64,000 nucleotides of DNA. Source: Methanomassiliicoccaceae archaeon (GTDB taxonomy: Archaea; Thermoplasmatota; Thermoplasmata; Methanomassiliicoccales; Methanomassiliicoccaceae). Position 1 is the stretch's first letter, and each line of letters starts with the position of its first letter. Positions 62,677-64,000 of this stretch are shown piece by piece. The notes beneath the pieces were generated by a model. It was given only the letters and a program-made list of their open reading frames with translations, made no database searches and had not been told where the DNA came from. The translations under genes were made by a program, and so were the position numbers. The stretch lies in the NCBI GenBank assembly GCA_040776945.1, contig JAXGZN010000001.1:473545-537544 (forward strand). The letters run 5' to 3'.

Positions 62677-63740
62677 ATCGCCTCCAGGACCTCGTCCATG
62701 TTCTTCAGTAGGCCGCGGACCTCCGCCGGCGTCAGGTCGCCCATGTGGCCGATCCTGAACGTGGCCTCCTTGATGTCCCCGTAGCCGTTGGAGATCTCGT
62801 ACCCGCGCTCCTTGAGCCCCTTGTTGAGCTTGCTAAAGTCAATGTCGCCCTTGTTTATCACAGTAATGGTGTCGGACAGATACGCGGGCTCAGCGAAGAG
62901 CCCGTGATGCTTCTTCGCCCATTCGCGGACCAGGCCGGCCATCTCTCGATGTCTTTGATACCGGGCGGCCATGCCCTCCTTGAGCATGCGGTCGAGCTGG
63001 AGATCGAGAGCGTACATCAGCGATACCGGCGGCGTTGTCAAGGAGTAGTTCTTGTCGGCCATCTTCTTCATCTGAACCAGATCGAAATAATAACCGCGGT
63101 TCGGGACCCCTTTGGCCTTCTCCAGGAGACGGTCCGAGCAGCACATTATAGCAAGCCCAGGAGGCAGCGCCAGAGCCTTCTGGGTCCCGAAGACGAGGGC
63201 GTCGATGTCAAGTTCCTTGATGCGAAGATCGGTCCCGAACACCGAGGTGACGCCATCGATGAACATAAGGGGATCATGTTTCTCCCGGACGCCTTTCACG
63301 ATCTCACTGACCGGGTTCAGCACCCCGGTGCTGCTCTCGTTGGAGACCAGGGTGATCGCCTCGGTGTCATCGTCCACCGCACCCTCTAGGTCAGAGGCCC
63401 TTACGGCCTTTCCCCATTTGGCATTGACCTTGCGCACCTCCTTGCCGTTCTCCGTGCCGATGCTTTGCCAGCGGTCTCCGAAGGAGCCGTTGGACACACC
63501 GACCATCTTGTTTCTTATTCCGCTCCTGACGCAGCCCTCCAGGAGCCCAGACGCGGAGGAGGGGGACATCAGTATGTTCATATCGGTGTCCAGGGCCTTG
63601 TGTAGCTTCTCCACTATGCCCTCCTGTAGTTGTTCATAGGCCTTGCTTCGATGAGTTATCATCGGCTTGGTCATGGCCTCGAGGACCTCCTTGCGGACCT
63701 CGACCGGACCTACGGTAAAGAGAGTGTGATTCACAGACAT
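62673..63740 (-). CDS. class V aminotransferase, phosphoserine aminotransferase-type (archaeal SerC-like / SGAT family)
   Basis: The PLP-fold type I class V pattern is present (FGTQKALALPPG carrying the PLP Lys). The stop overlaps the serA start as ATGA. Confidence 0.75.
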   Translation of the reverse strand: MSVNHTLFTVGPVEVRKEVLEAMTKPMITHRSKAYEQLQEGIVEKLHKALDTDMNILMSPSSASGLLEGCVRSGIRNKMVGVSNGSFGDRWQSIGTENGKEVRKVNAKWGKAVRASDLEGAVDDDTEAITLVSNESSTGVLNPVSEIVKGVREKHDPLMFIDGVTSVFGTDLRIKELDIDALVFGTQKALALPPGLAIMCCSDRLLEKAKGVPNRGYYFDLVQMKKMADKNYSLTTPPVSLMYALDLQLDRMLKEGMAARYQRHREMAGLVREWAKKHHGLFAEPAYLSDTITVINKGDIDFSKLNKGLKERGYEISNGYGDIKEATFRIGHMGDLTPAEVRGLLKNMDEVLEAM

Positions 63741-64000
63741 CCCCCAAAAACCTCTTGGCAGTTCAAGCGCTGCAAGGAGGCGACAGGGACGCCTGCCGGC
63801 GTCCTCCGTGTCCGCTTCCCGAAACGCATCCGCCAGAGGCGGTCATCATGGCCAGCATACGCCCTGCCCGTGGCGGTGCCAGATAGGAAAAATCCATCTT
63901 CTGGGGCATGACAGACCATGGCATGATGCCCACCGGTATCATGGATGGTCGAATATAAACCTTGCTGTAATGGCGGGCGGGCTCGAAGCTCATTTGCTCT

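Noticed and set aside
63763-63993. 76-aa minus-strand ORF upstream of the serC-like gene
   Set aside because: It contains the only TATA-like box within its own coding region, has an odd Met/Gly/Pro/Ser-rich composition, and continues beyond no recognisable domain. It is treated as leader or non-coding.

Overview
This is a dense, GC-rich (about 60% by eye) archaeal chromosomal segment. The archaeal hallmarks are fibrillarin, Nop5, aIF5A, Kae1, an Sm-like protein, CDP-archaeol synthase, XPD and SMC-ScpAB. Gene content fits a Thermoplasmatota- or methanogen-like euryarchaeon, but the taxon cannot be fixed from this window. I call about 72 protein-coding genes, one tRNA-Val(GAC) and one candidate RNase P RNA. 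Coordinates include stop codons, as in the ORF track. I saw no rRNA, CRISPR array, transposase, integrase or recognisable defence gene. Many long ORFs in the track are antisense or off-frame shadows typical of GC-rich DNA, and many track starts are over-extended. I trimmed starts where a start/stop overlap (ATGA/GTGA), a GGAGG-type RBS, or a TATA box 24-32 nt upstream supported a shorter start. Housekeeping genes include uS15-RecJ-like, Kae1, aIF5A-agmatinase, Nop5, SMC-ScpA-ScpB, SerA/SerC-like, ThiE/ThiM, PyrE and CarS. Accessory-looking modules are interspersed among them: (i) a roughly 10-kb glycan cluster (43.4-53.8 kb) with a complete WbpA/B/E/D-like diacetamido-uronic-acid pathway plus a coupled ATP-grasp/PHP pair; (ii) a translationally coupled MDR dehydrogenase / PTPS-like (Cys-to-Glu) / GT4 triad next to a surface-anchored GH5 downstream of tRNA-Val; (iii) an ABC importer operon with no binding protein, two different ATPases, a DUF47 gene, and an ATPase whose conserved N-terminus has no canonical start codon and lies in frame behind the permease TGA; (iv) a radical SAM/SPASM gene convergent with an ArsR-V4R regulator; (v) a DMT transporter with a 20-His tail. 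I cannot prove any of these is a new system from sequence alone. They are ranked as hypotheses with explicit tests.
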